From Macrostomum lignano (taxonomy: Eukaryota): a stretch of DNA of 64,000 nt. Below, piece by piece: positions 1-12,345 of this stretch. Every line of letters begins with the position of its first letter. The stretch's first letter is position 1. The translations under genes were made by a program, and so were the position numbers. The stretch is taken from the NCBI GenBank assembly GCA_002269645.1, contig NIVC01000475.1, positions 310,001 to 374,000 of the forward strand, given 5' to 3'. The notes below the pieces were generated by a model. That model was not told the origin of the DNA, did no database searches, and saw only the letters and a program-made list of their open reading frames with translations.

Positions 1-185
1 GAAAGTAGGACAGCAAGGGTGTTGCTATCGGTTTTGGATGAATTAAAAATGTTTTTTTATAGCAGCTGGTCTCTCTTGCAATAATACTGGATTCTTATAT
101 TGTCGGTAAATGGTCGTCGCTGTCACAGTGAAAAAATAACAGTTTTCACTGCTTCAGTGGATTTAACTGTCAGCTAGCTACAACA

Positions 186-660
186 CTCACAGTGAATGGT
201 CATCAGGCTCACGGTGAATGGTCATCAAGCTCACAGTGAAAGGTCATCACACTCACAGTGAATAGTCATCACACTCACAGTGAATAGGCATCACGCTCAC
301 AGTGAATGGTCATCAGGCTCACAGTGAATAGTCATCATCACGCTCACAGTGAATGAATGGTCATCAGGCTCACAGTGAATGGTCATCATCACGCTCACAG
401 TGAATGAAAGGTCATCAGGCTCACAGTGATTAGTCATCAGGCTCACAGTGAATGGTCATCAGGCTCACAGTGAATGGTCATCAGGCTCACAGTGAATGGT
501 CATCAGGCTCACAGTGAATGGTCATCAGGCTCACAGTGAATGGTCATCAGGCTCACAGTGAATGGTCATCAGGCTCACAGTGAAAGGTCATCAGGCTCAC
601 AGTGAATGGTCATCAGGCTCACAGTGAATGGTCATCAGGCTCACAGTGAAAAGTCATCAC
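186..660. repeat. Minisatellite, 22-bp unit GGTCATCAGGCTCACAGTGAAT
   Basis: TCACAGTG recurs at 421, 443, 465 and onward; copies at the left end are more degenerate. Confidence 0.95.
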
Positions 661-1189
661 AGTCACAGTCGCAGTGACCTCAGGCAGCTGAGATAGCGGA
701 TCTGTGGCACTTGGCCAATATTCGCTGAGCACGTGAGCGAGAGGCAGATGATGATGGAATCCCCATCAGATCAGTCAGTTGCTGAGCAGCCAGGAGAACT
801 CAGAAGAATTAATCCCTCCTCCCAAGTTCCCTGGCCAATCTCCCATTCACTTTATTGGCCTTTTTCTCGAGTAGAATTCTTTCACGCAAGCTTGGCAGTC
901 GGCCGATCAGCCAGTCGCGACCGAGTCGCCAATGCCATCAATAAATGAGCCCCCTTATAGCGAGCAAGAATGAGCTGGCTTAGTCTCAAGTCTGGCAGTT
1001 GGAATCCCCAATGGAGGAGTATGGGAGAAGTCGGATGGTTTTCAATCCTTTTAAACTGGATTGCACTTTTGCTTCTGAGGCTGAGTGAAGTGTGGGACGG
1101 AGTTCTGTGCTTCGAATTAGCTGTCAATCTATTAGCAATTAGCCAACAATAATGAAGCTTTTATGCTGCTTTCAAATGAAATACTGAAG

Positions 1190-2040
1190 TGTCAGCAGTC
1201 GCTGACGAGTCGGTCACCAAAGTGTCAGTCACTAAATTGTCAGTTACTAAAGTGTCAGTCACTAAGGTGTCAGTCACTTAAGTTTCAGTCACTCAGAGTG
1301 TCAGTCACTAAGGCGTCAATCACTAAAGTGTCAGTCACTAAGGTGTCAGTCACTAAAGTGTCAGTCACTAAAGTGTCAGTCACTAAGGTGTCAGTCACTC
1401 AAAGTGTCAGTCACTAAGGTGTCAGTCACTAAAGTGTCAGTCACTAAAGTGTCAGTCACTAAGGCGTCAATCACTAAAGTGTCAGTCACTAAGGTGTCAG
1501 TCACTAAAGTGTCAGTCACTAAAGTGTCAGTCACTAAGGTGTCAGTCACTCAAAGTGTCAGTCACTCAAAGTGTCAGTCACTAAGTTGTCAGTCACTCAA
1601 ATTGTCAGTCATCAAACTGTCGGTTACTAAAGTGTCAGTCACTAAAATTGTCAGTCACTCAAACTGTCAGTCACTAAAGTGTCAGTCACTAAAGTGTCAG
1701 TCACTAAAGTGTCAGTCACTCAAAGTGTCAGTCACTCAAAGTGTCAGTCACTCAAACTGTCAGTCACTAAAGTGTCAGTCACTAAAGTGTCAGTCACTAA
1801 AGTGTCAGTCACTCAAATTGTCAGTCATCAAAGTGTCGGTTACTACTCATAAAGTGTCAGTCACTCAAATTGTCAGTCACTCAAATTGTCAGTCACTCAA
1901 ACTGTCAGTCACTAAAGTGTCAGTCACTAAAGTGTCAGTCACTAAAGTTTCAGTCACCAAAGTGTCAGTCACTAAAGTGTCAGTCACTAAAGTGTCAGTC
2001 ACTAAGGTGTCAGTCACTAAAGTTTCAGTCACCAAAGTGT
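1190..2040. repeat. Minisatellite, 15-bp unit AAAGTGTCAGTCACT (with 16-bp variants)
   Basis: Direct tandem copies; they account for the KVSVT/KCQSL pseudo-ORFs. Confidence 0.95.
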
Positions 2041-2354
2041 AATAAATCACTCAAAAAAAGTTCCTCACCGCTATTGCAGGACTTTCTCAGGCACAGAGTC
2101 ACCCGATCTCCAACCGTGACCGTGCCAGCCTGGCTCCAGTGAACTGCCATCTCTCTGAGTGCGTTGATTTCTCTGGCTGAAGTCTCCTGTCTCTCTGAAG
2201 GCTGATCTTGACAAAAAAAACTCCCGGGGGGAGCACCGATCGCGACTAGAGAGGAACTGGCTGAGGCCCCATCTCCTGCTGCGTGGTATGGGGAGGAACT
2301 GCCCTCCGGGCTTCGCCTGTCAAGCTGTCTCCAAGTTCAAAAGCAGAGAATGAA

Positions 2355-2355
<1 letters not shown>

Positions 2356-2388
<33 letters not shown>
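2356..2388. repeat. (GA)n microsatellite
   Basis: Run of AG dinucleotides. Confidence 0.9.
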
Positions 2389-2391
<3 letters not shown>

Positions 2392-2717
2392 CTAAAAAAG
2401 GCCTAAAAACGACTTATACTATCGAGCCAATGCTTAAATAAGCCTGCAGTGGCCCCTCTGCTAACTGATGCGGGGTCACGTCGGATGGACCTGCGCCAGT
2501 CCTTCTCTTACTCTGGGATTTCAACTCGTGCGAGCGATTATATACAAACTAAGGTTGTCGTATTGGAGGAGAGTTGGGGAAGGAGATGTCGGACGAAACA
2601 TCCTGCGAAAGATTCTGGAACTTCAATGCACGCCCTTCGACATCATTGGTTGAAAGGTTTTTTGGGGTGGGAGTTGGTTGGGTCACTGACTGATGGCACT
2701 TTTGACTGATCGAATAG

Positions 2718-3237
2718 CCTCCTGACACTAATAACGAGTAGCTCCTGACACTAATATTGAGTAGCTCCTGACACTAATATTAAGTAGCTCCTGACACTGA
2801 TATTGAGTAGCTCCTGACACTAATATTAAGTAGCTCCTGACACTAATAACGAGTAGCTCCTGACACTAATAACAAGCAGATACTGACAGTAATAAACTGC
2901 TTCTTAAAATAGTCAGTAGCTTCAATATTTACATGTATCAGCTCCTGACACAATATCAATCAGCTCCTGACACAATATCAATCAGCTCCTGACACAATAT
3001 CAATCAGCTCCTGACACAATATCGATCAGCTCCTGACACAATATTAATCAGCTTTGATACAATATCAATCAGCTCCTGACACAATATCAATCAGCTCCTG
3101 ACACAATATCAATCAGCTCCTGACACAATATCAATCAGCTCCTGACACAATATCAATCAGCTCCTGACACAATATCAATCAGCTCCTGACACAATATCAA
3201 TCAGCTCCTGATACAATATCAATCAGCTCCTGACAGA
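2718..3237. repeat. Two adjacent related minisatellites: 23-bp GAGTAGCTCCTGACACTAATATT (2718-2872) and 22-bp ATCAGCTCCTGACACAATATCA (2937-3237)
   Basis: Both arrays share the core AGCTCCTGACAC. Confidence 0.92.
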
Positions 3238-3714
3238 ATAATAACCAATTAAAATTTCATTATTCGTAAGTCTGCATCAGCCCGACTTCCTGAGGTCGTA
3301 GAGGTCAGGCCAGAAAAAAAATTTGATGACGAATCTTCCGAAAATTGATGAAGCAAAACTTCTGCCGTCCCGTATCTCTGTTCCACTCCATGATGGCAGG
3401 CCCGAGAGCTGCCGCTCTCTTCATCTTACCCTCTCAACTCGAGCCGAGACTACTCAAATTCCAAATAGATAAGAGCGCCGCTGCTGAGCGATAATCGCCA
3501 TCGATTGAGGCTGCGACTCCTCCTGCAGCCTCCTGCCAACCCTCGCTACCTACCAGTTTGTTTGGCCCCTTCCTTAATCAATTCTTCCATCTCAGAATCT
3601 GTTCATTGCCTCTGCCTGCCTGTCTGTAAAGAGTCTCCAGGCCTTTCGGATCCTAAATTTAGCTGTAAATTTAGATGCTGTGATACTAAACTAAAGACAC
3701 TAAATCGACAGAAG

Positions 3715-4111
<397 letters not shown>

Positions 4112-4513
4112 TATAGCAGCATTGCACTAAATGCTGATCATGTTACACAGACAAATAGCCAGCCATCTGCCTGCAATCAGCGCAGCGCTAAACAGACAGC
4201 AGAGGCAGGGATAAGTTGATTTAATGATGAGCTCAGCTCTGAATTGAGCTGCTATCCGATATGCACTCTTAGAAAAATCGAGTTGGAATTGAGCATGTGG
4301 TGGATGGGGGGGGAGATTGTCATGCATCTTGTGTGTCCCCCTACAGTCTCTGCTGTTCCAGCTTGTCCTGACCCCTAATCCCCAAACAGAGATTGGAATG
4401 CTCAGCTTCCATGATGAAGACTTAGCTCTCGGAGAACCCGGGCAGTTCGTGCATCTGGGCCGCGCTTATTATGCTAATTTTAGGCAGTTAGTTAATCATG
4501 ACAATCGGAGCTT

Positions 4514-4932
4514 GCGATCGATGCCTTCGAGTTGTCTCCATCGGCCTGGTCTTGTGCGATCGATGCCTTCGAGTTGTCTCCATCGGCCTGGTCTTGTGCG
4601 ATCGATGCCTTCGAGTTGTCTCCATCGGCCTGGTCTTGTGCGATCGATGCCTTCGAGTTGTCTCCAACGGCCTGGTCTTGTGCGATCGATGCCTTCGAGT
4701 TGTCTCCATCGGCCTGGTCTTGTGCGATCGATGCCTTCGAGTTGTCTCCATCGGCCTGGTCTTGTGCGATCGATGCCTTCGAGTTGTCTCCATCGGCCTG
4801 GTCTTGTGCGATCGATGCCTTCGAGTTGTCTCCATCGGCCTGGTCTTGTGCGATCGATGCCTTCGAGTTGTCTCCAACGGCCTGGTCTTGTGCGATCGAT
4901 GCCTTCGAGTTGTCTCCATCGGCCTGGTCTTG
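4514..4932. repeat. 42-bp tandem repeat, 10 copies
   Basis: Unit GCGATCGATGCCTTCGAGTTGTCTCCATCGGCCTGGTCTTGT; the same T>A variant (CCAACGG) is in copies 4 and 9. Confidence 0.97.
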
Positions 4933-5129
4933 CCGGGGTTCATTGCGCAGGTGGTGCTGGCAGAAATTATCGCACGGGATCGCCCGATTTAACTGACTGA
5001 CTGAAGCTGGTCCACTTGAGCTCGGGCTCTCTGATGAAGTGTCTGCTTTTTTACATCAGACTCAGCTTGCGTTTCAAGGGGGGTAGCGGGGTTGCTTTAA
5101 ATTTAAAGTTGAAATTGGGAAAGAATGGA

Positions 5130-5945
5130 AGGAAGGAGAGAGGAGAGGAGAGATGGGAAGAGGGAAGAAAGAGGGAAAGAGTGGAGGAGAGAGGAGAGAG
5201 GGGAGAAGGGGAGAAGGGGATGGAGGAGAGAGAGGAGGAGAGACGGGGAGAGAATGGATAAGAGAGGAGAGAGGGGAGAAGGGGATGGAGGAGAGACTGG
5301 GAGAGGAGAGATGAGAGAGGGGAGAGAAGAGAGAGGGGAGAGGGGGAGAGGGGAGAGAAGAGAGAGGGGAGAGGGGGGAGAGGGGGATAAGAGAGAGGGG
5401 GAGAGGGGGAGAGGGGAGAGAAGAGAGAGGGGGAGAGGGGGAGGGGGAGAGGGGGGAGAGGGGGGATAAGAGAGAGGGGGAGAGGGGGAGAGGGGGATAA
5501 GAGAGAGGGGAGAGGGGGAGAGGGGAGAGAAGAGAGAGGGGAGAGAAGAGAGAGGGGGAGAGGGGGGAGAGGGGGGATAAGAGAGAGGGGGAGAGGGGGA
5601 GAGGGGAGAGAAGAGAGAGGGGGAGAGGGGGGAGACTTACTTGACTTAGCTGCAGGGGGCTCCGTGCGTCCGGAAACAGCGAGGAGGCGTTTCCGCCCAT
5701 TTCGCTAACCCCTGGCGACCGGAGAGGGGGGAGAGGGGAGAGAGGAGAGAGGGGGAGAGTGGAGAGAGGGGGAGAGGGGAGAGAGGAAAGGGGGGAGAGG
5801 GGAGAGGGTAGAGACGGGAGAAGGGGAGAGAGGAGAAGCAACATAGGGAGGAGAGAGGAGAGGGAAGAAGGGGAGGAGAGAGGAGAGATGATAAAGAGAA
5901 GTTGATGGAGACGTGAGAGGGAAAATACAGGAGACAGAGGGAGGA
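5130..5945. repeat. Polypurine (GA-rich) low-complexity tracts interrupted by a unique island at 5641-5720
   Basis: Almost only G and A on the + strand. Confidence 0.92.
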
Positions 5946-6589
5946 AGCGGTTACTGCCCGGTTGTAGTCAGGTAGGCGGTCAGTAGGCGTTTGAGTTGAC
6001 TCAGGCTGGAAGGCTACAAGTGGTGGGATAAAAGAATGGAGAAAGGGGGGTAGATGAAATTACCGGAAAGAGGCAGAGAAGTAGAGAGAAATGAAAGGTG
6101 GAGAAATAGGTAGTGTGAAGCAGAGGGATTTTGAACCCGTTATAACCCTAAAGCCTAGACTTCAGTGTTGCCATAGTAACGAAACCAATAGGTTTGACTA
6201 GAAAAACAAACGACTGCCATCCATGGACAATTGATTTAGCGTCAGACAAACTGAGGGTCCTGGGCTACTGGGGTCCGGTAGTCTCGCGCAGTGACATTTC
6301 GGGCGCAGCTCTCGCTGGGTGTTGGGGACGGCTGCATTGTGTGCGAACTTCACCGGATTTGTCTATTTTGGTCGTCTGCACCGCACAGGTCTGAATGATT
6401 GATGAAGCGAGTTGCATAGAGATAAACAAGGGAGAAAAGGAGAAAATCGGGAAAATGAGGAAAGTAAGGATTCGATATCTGCCGGAGTAGGCTATGGAGG
6501 CATGATGGACTTTTATACTGGGTGGGCTGACCGAATAGTTGTCTTATGATAGACTGTCGATCTTGTAGATCCCTAGAGATTCCTGTAGA

Positions 6590-7280
6590 TCAAAATCTAG
6601 AGATCTAGATATCTGAATCTAAAGGTCTATGGATCTGAATCTTGAGATCTAGGGATCTGAATCTAGAGATCTAGGGATCTGAATCTAGAGATCTATGGAT
6701 CTGAATCTAGAGAGATCTACGGATCTAAATCTAGAGACCTATGGATCTGATTATAGAGATCTAGGGATCCAATTTTAGAGATTTAGAGTATCTGAATCGA
6801 TACTCTAAGGGATCTAAATCTAGACATTTAGAGATCTGAATCTAGACATCTAGAGATCTGAATCTAGAGATCTATGGATCTGAATCTAGACATCTAGAGA
6901 TCTGAATCTAGAGATCTATGGATCTGAATCTAGACATCTATGGATCTGAATCTAGACATCTATGGATCTGAATCTAGACATCTAGAGATCTGAATCTAGA
7001 GATCTATGGATCTGAATCTAGACATCTAGAGATCTGAATCTAGAGATCTATGGATCTGAATCTAGACATCTAGAGATCTGAATCTAGAGATCTATGGATC
7101 TGAATCTAGACATCTAGAGATCTGAATCTAGAGATCTATGGATCTGAATCTAGACATCTAGAGATCTGAATCTAGAGATCTATGGATCTAAATCTAGACA
7201 TCTTGAGATCTGAATCTAGAGATCTATGGATCTGAATCTAAAGATCTATAGATCTGAATCTAGAAATCTAGAGATCTGAA
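6590..7280. repeat. Compound minisatellite of overlapping TCTAGA/AGATCT/GATC palindromes (TCTAGAGATCTATGGATCTGAA and TCTAGACATCTAGAGATCTGAA units)
   Basis: Tandem copies read directly. Confidence 0.92.
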
Positions 7281-8247
7281 TCGGACCAAGGGTTGTGGCG
7301 CAAGAGCCAGAATCAGCGGTAGCTCGTACAGACCAATTCAAAAACAGACTGAGAGAAAAGAGAAGTGTAACTCATCAAGAGATTCTAGGGATTTTGATCC
7401 ATCAGATTAGATTCTGGGTACTCGTAAAACAGAGAGGCAGTTTCCTAAGGTGCTCCGGAAGTACACAATACACTAGCAGAGTACAGTGAAGGCCATCTAG
7501 CTGACCGACCGATTGTCAGGTGAAAATTGTCTGGCTGTGTACACTGAAATAATTGTACTGTACACTGTACAGAGATGCGAGAGCTAGGTGAGGGCAGAGT
7601 GGCTGAGAACACTTCAGACTGTTACTAGGCAGTCTATAAACTCAAACCAGAGGCTCTGAATGCGCCAGTTTTCTTAGAACTCCGGAGTTACAAAAGACAG
7701 GCGAGTCAATTCTCTCAAAAGCTACTAAGAAAGGAAATTCCACTAAAATAATAATGACCACGTCGAGTGCGGAGTCGTCCCAGCAGAAAACGACATGGGA
7801 GGACCCCGGTACAAAGGTAACTTTTTTGCCGATCTCTGTCGTGTGGGGCAAAAGTGCAGCTGTGAGGAATTATTGCTTTGTACAACATAGCCTGCACTAA
7901 GGAGTGAGTAGGGGGGCTGCCAGATTGGGACAAGGCAAGATCGAAGAAGAAATTAGGGGAGAAATTGCATTTCTGCTGGAGCTCACAGATGAGAGAGAGG
8001 GGGGAGACAGTGAGCGAAATGAGGGAAGTCCGGCAGTCCAAAACGGTCTTCACGGCCAAGGCGACCCAAGACCAGCAGCTTGGAGTTTAGCAACTTCTCA
8101 CCAGCTCCCTTGTTTAGACTGCTGTAGGCTGATTCTGTTTGTTTATTTTTCACATATTTTAATCAAGTTATCATCATTTCCGTTTGATAAAATCATATAT
8201 TGTAAACATGCTTTCAAATTTTTGGTCCGAATAAATTCTGAACTCGT

Positions 8248-9438
8248 GAGCCTTGGCATCTCAGCAATTCCCCCATGAGCCTTGGCATCTCAGCAATTCC
8301 CCCATGAGCCTTGGCATCTCAGCAACTCCCCCATGAGCCTTGGCATCTCAGCAATTCCCCCATGAGCATTGGCATCTCAGCAATTCCCCCATGAGCCTTG
8401 GCATCTCAGCAACTCCCCCATGAGCCTTGGCATCTCAGCAATTCCCCCATGAGCCTTGGCATCTCAGCAATTCCCCTCGAGAGCCTTGGCATCTCAGAAA
8501 TTTCCCCCGTGAGGCAATGGCATCTCAGCAATTCCCTCCGTGAGCCTTGGCATCTCAGCAATTCCCCCATGAGCCTTGGCATCTCAGCAACTCCCCCATG
8601 AGCCTTGGCATCTCAGCAATTCCCCCATGAGCCTTGGCATCTCAGCAATTCCCCCATGAGCCTTGGCATCTCAGCAATTCCCCCATGAGCCTTGGCATCT
8701 CAGCAATTCCCCCATGAGCCTTGGCATCTCAGCAATTCCCCCATGAGCCTTGGCATTTCAGCAATTCCCCCATGAGCCTTGGCATCTCAGCAATTCCCCC
8801 AGTGAGCCTTGGCATCTCAGCAATTCCCCCCAGTGAGCATTGGCATCTCAGCAATTCCCCTCGAGAGCCTTGGCATCTCAGAAATTTCCTGCGTGAGCAT
8901 TGGCAGCTCAGAAATTTTCCCCGTGAGGCAATGGCATCTCAGCAATTCCCCCAGTGAGCCTTGGCATCTCAGCAATTCCCCTCGAGAGCATTGGTATCTC
9001 AGCAATTCCCCTCGAGAGCCTTGGCATATCAGAAATTCCCCTCGAGAGCATTGGCATCTCAGAAATTTCCCCCTCGAGAGCATTGGTATCTCAGCAATTC
9101 CCCTCGAGAGCATTGGTATCTCAGCAACTCCCCTCGAGAGCATTAGCATCTCAGCAATTCCCTTCGAGAGCATTGGCATCTCAGCAATTCCCCTCGAGAG
9201 CCTTGGCATCTCAGCAATTCCCCTCAAGAGCATTGGCATCTTAGCAATTCCCCTCGAGAGCATTGGTATCTCAGCAATTCCCCTCGAGAGCATTGGTATC
9301 TCAGCAATTCCCCTCGAGAGCATTGGCATCTCAGCAATCCCCTCGAGAGCATTGGCATCTCAGCAATTCCCTTCGAGAGCATTGGCATCTCAGCAATTCC
9401 CCTCGAGAGCATTGGCATCTCAGCAATTCCCCCAGTGA
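8248..9438. repeat. Minisatellite, 29-bp unit GAGCCTTGGCATCTCAGCAATTCCCCCAT, grading into a CCCTCGAGAGCATTGG variant
   Basis: Direct tandem copies with polar change of variant type along the array. Confidence 0.95.
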
Positions 9439-10094
9439 GCCATCATGACCTGCCTATCTTATTAGTGTAACCTGAGCAAGTGCAGTCAGCTCACTCAATG
9501 GAGACTCACAGGAATTGATGCCTGCGCAGCTGGGGAGCCGCTACTCCAGGCGGCTGGCTCTAGGCCTCCTTGCCAGCAAGCCGTCCCCAAATGTGCGAGA
9601 AATTCATTTCACCACTTCTGCACTCGGCCGGGGGTCCCTTGGTACCCTCTTTCAGCAGCTAAGCAGATCACAGCTTGCCCACTGGCTACACACCACTCTT
9701 CTACTAAAAGAGCAGCCATTCTGCTTTGCTGCCAGCAGGAAATTGCACGAACCGCCCTCTCCTCTTTCACAGAGCAGACGATTAGGCCGCCTGATTGCGG
9801 AGAAGTGTTTTAGAAATTCTTGAAAATCGTTTTATCTAACGATGATTAGAGTTTTTTGCCATTTATTGTACATTCTACTGAAGCTCAATCAGTAAGTAGG
9901 CTGGTGCGTCTGTAGTGATTAAAACTATTTTAGCCAAGTAGTTTGTCTAATTATCCTATGACATAATTTTCAGACTCAAAGAATAAAGTTCTATGGCTAA
10001 TCTTGGGTTTTTTTAATGCTCTCACTAATGAGAACATGTACCTTAATGTTCGGACTTCCGATAGAAATGCTTTAAAAATGCCTCCAAGATTCCA

Positions 10095-10195
10095 AGATTC
10101 CAATTCAGCCCCAAGTTAATGTGACTGCACTTGGAATCGAGCCTGGGCCGCTGGCACATCAGAGCGCCGCGCTGGACCTCTGGGCTACGGCCCCC
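10095..10195 (-). mobile_element. tRNA-derived SINE head, copy 1
   Basis: Minus strand reads GGGGCCGTAGCCCAGAGG...GGCTCGATTCCAAGTGCAGTCAC, with Pol III A-box-like and B-box-like motifs; similar copies at 25213-25315 and 33992-34075. Confidence 0.75.
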
Positions 10196-10209
10196 ATCCC
10201 ATTACCCAC

Positions 10210-10700
10210 AATCCGATGACTCATAATCCAATGACTCATCATCCAATGACTCATCATCTAATGAACTCATCATCCAAAGACTCATCATCCAATGACTCAT
10301 CATCTAATGAACTCATCATCCAAAGATTCATCATCCAATGACCCATCATCCAATGAACTCATCATCCAAAGACTCATCATCCAATGACTCATCATCTAAT
10401 GAACTCATCATCCAAAGACTCATCATCCAATGACTCATCATCCAATGAACTCATCATCCAAAGACTCATCATCCAATGACCCGTCATCCAATGACTCGTA
10501 AGCCAATGACTCATCATCCAATGACTCATCATCTAATGAACTCATCATCCAAAGATTCATCATCCAATGACCCATCATCCAAAGACTCATCATCCAATGA
10601 CTCATCATCCAATGACTCATCATCCAATGATCCATCATCCAATGACTCGTAAGCCAATGACTCGTAATCCAATGACTCATAATCTAATGACTCATAATCA
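10210..10700. repeat. Minisatellite based on 15-bp AATGACTCATCATCC
   Basis: Tandem copies, many containing TGACTCA. Confidence 0.92.
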
Positions 10701-10807
10701 AATTATTCATAAACCAGTGACTCATAATCACCAAATAGCAGCTACTTGGTTAAGAAAAAGTTGACTCAGACTTCAACCCAGCCTCCGAACCCTCCACCAT
10801 CACACAG

Positions 10808-11331
10808 ATGGCCAAAAGACTGGCCGAGCTGACAGTCGCTGAGAACTACTCCCAGCTCAGGCGCCTGGCAACTACCGGTAACTGCCGGTGTCGAACACGA
10901 AACGAGGGCCGCACGCCGCTAATGCTGGCAGCCCAAGTCGGCCAGGCGACCTCCTGGCGCTACGCGAAATGCATCGACCTGCTGTTGGACCGAGGCGCCA
11001 GCGCACGCGCGACGGACAAGGCCACGGGGGACACCGCGGCACACTTGGCCGCTCGAACTGGCAACCTCCGCCTGCTGTCAGCGCTGCCCTACGAAGACTC
11101 CAGCGGTAGTCCGGTGAAATTTGCCGTCAACGGAGAAGGTCGAACGCCGCTGATGGAGGCGGCGGAGGCTGGCAGCTGGGAGTGCGCGCGGCACCTGCTG
11201 CACCTGCTGCGGCAGCGACGGCGAAGGGAGAAGAGAAAGTCGTTGCTGAACCTCAAGGATAAAAAAGGCTGCACAGCTGCCGACTTGGCCGAGGCGGCGG
11301 GACACCCGGAGCTGGCTGAGGTCATCCGGAT
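10808..11331 (+). CDS. Ankyrin-repeat exon (about 4 repeats)
   Basis: GRTPLMLAA, GDTAAHLAA, GRTPLMEAA and GCTAADLA motifs; preceded by CACAG acceptor and followed by GTGAGT donor. Confidence 0.9.
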
Positions 11332-12314
11332 GTGAGTTCACGGAGTCTGTGTGAATGGGGGAGTCTGTGTGAATGGGGGAGTCTGTGTGAATGGGGGAGT
11401 CTGTGTGAATGAGAGAGTCTGTGTAAACGAGGGAGTCTGTGTGAATGAGGGTGTTTGTGTGAATGAGGGAGTCTGTGTGAATGAGGATTCTGTGTGAATG
11501 AGGAGTCTGTGTGAATTTCGAAGTCTGTGTGAATGCAGGAGTTTGCGTGAATGAGGGAGTCTGCGTGAATGAGTGAGTTGGTTGATAAAAAATCTGATAA
11601 TTTACCTGTACATAAGTAATCATTCTAAAGCTAGTACTGAAAAAAGAAAGAACTGATTTGCATTGCAGAGAAATTCGCGGTCTCACATTCAAGGTGAGTC
11701 ATTCGTTTTATTCTTTGATAAATGCACTTTAAGGTTAAAGGTTCAGCAGTAAAAAAATGGATTGCATTTATCCAATTTGCAAGTAGAACTCAGTTTCTAT
11801 TCCAGATTCTCTGTTTTTAGAAGTCCTTGAAAAAACTGAATGGACCGCATTTATATTATTATTTATATTTCCATTATTTCGAACCCCCTAAGGACCCCCA
11901 AAGGGAGTGTACATGCCTAACGATGGGAGAAAGTGAAATAAAGTCAAGACTAAACTTTATTTTGGCTCAAAAGCACGAAAAACTTTACCGGCTAAAAAGC
12001 CTGCTTTATATTAAACTATTTGTTATTGATCGGCATACCCACCGCACCCCCCAACCCGCGCTAGCAAGTACATGCAGAGAGAGAGAGAGAGCAACACAAC
12101 TCAACCTAGCCCCTCCCCAGCGCGCACGCAGGCCAAGCTATCACATCCCTCCATGCCAAGACAAAAGCAACAGAACTTGCAACAAAAAAAGAAAAGAAAA
12201 ACCCAACACCCAAAAAACTGTCAGTCACTGTCAGATCAAGTTCACTCGTAGGTCAGTCGATCCGGTGCCCTTGTAGTCCTCTCCGAACGCCGCAGCATCG
12301 GGGGCGGCAGCAGC

Positions 12315-12345
<31 letters not shown>

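Noticed and set aside
8398-9448. ORFs in the 29-bp array; likewise those at 21336-21916, 32824-33995 and 35033-35604
   Set aside because: Repeat-derived. The 21- and 17/18-bp arrays lie inside introns defined by the kinase and MANF exons.
10095-10195. Functional tRNA gene
   Set aside because: No clean cloverleaf or acceptor-stem pairing is evident, B-box is GGCTCGA, and the diverged copies share extra body sequence; a SINE fits better.
12218-12232. TGTCAGTCACT shared between the Gypsy 3' region and the 15-bp array at 1190-2040
   Set aside because: An 11-bp match is expected by chance in 64 kb.
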